Assembly: GCA_044892525.1 (NCBI GenBank)
Contig: CM097888.1
Location: forward strand, 31,434,001-31,498,000
Reading direction: 5' to 3'
Origin: Schmidtea polychroa
Lineage: Eukaryota
Length of the DNA stretch: 64,000 bases
The notes under the pieces were generated by a model. That model worked only from the letters and a program-made list of their open reading frames with translations, ran no database searches and was not told where the DNA came from. The position numbers were made by a program, and so were the translations under genes. Every line of letters starts with the position of its first letter. The first letter of the stretch is position 1. Positions 63,693-64,000 of this stretch are shown in pieces.

Positions 63693-64000
63693 TAAGTAGA
63701 AAAAAACAAAAAATATTCTTTATGATAATTTAGAAAACTAAAACTTAAATAATTACAAAATAATTTTTTTTATTTTTTAAGATATAATTTGAACTAGTTG
63801 ATTTACTCATATCAGATAAATTCTTGTCGCGCTAAAGCCTTTTCCAAATATTTTCTCATATGAGAAAACCACCCAATAAACTCAATTCTTTCATTGCTTA
63901 AAACATTATTTATTCTTATTCTGCGTTCGTCTCTGTTTTTAGGCATCGGGTGTATTGAAGCTAAGGAAGATTTAAAGTGGCTGAAATATTCTTCAATTGG

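Overview
Very AT-rich (roughly four-fifths A+T by eye) eukaryotic scaffold with five N gaps. The introns are GT-AG, some only about 48-53 bp, and the content points to an invertebrate animal genome (inference; I cannot name the species). The one gene I can reconstruct is a minus-strand class B1 (secretin-family, PTH-receptor-like) GPCR. Nine open exons lie between 30746 and 842 and encode the hormone-binding ectodomain, TM1-TM7 and helix 8; all junctions between adjacent identified exons are phase-compatible. The 5'-most exon(s) and the TM5b/ICL3 exon remain unresolved. Several canonical class B activation residues in TM6, TM7 and helix 8 are replaced. The introns and the rest of the window hold many decayed mobile elements: a TIR/TSD-complete hAT, three other hAT remnants, piggyBac-like, Stowaway-like and Kolobok-like non-autonomous elements, mariner, Penelope and gypsy-integrase fragments, and a Helitron-like element. 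There are also three long foldback palindromes, a modular dispersed repeat family, a multiply deleted actin pseudogene and a few short host-gene-like fragments. I recognised no rRNA, tRNA or CRISPR array. I found no evidence of a wholly new multi-gene system; the best leads are the atypical GPCR, the actin-derived ORF and the foldback/MITE structures.
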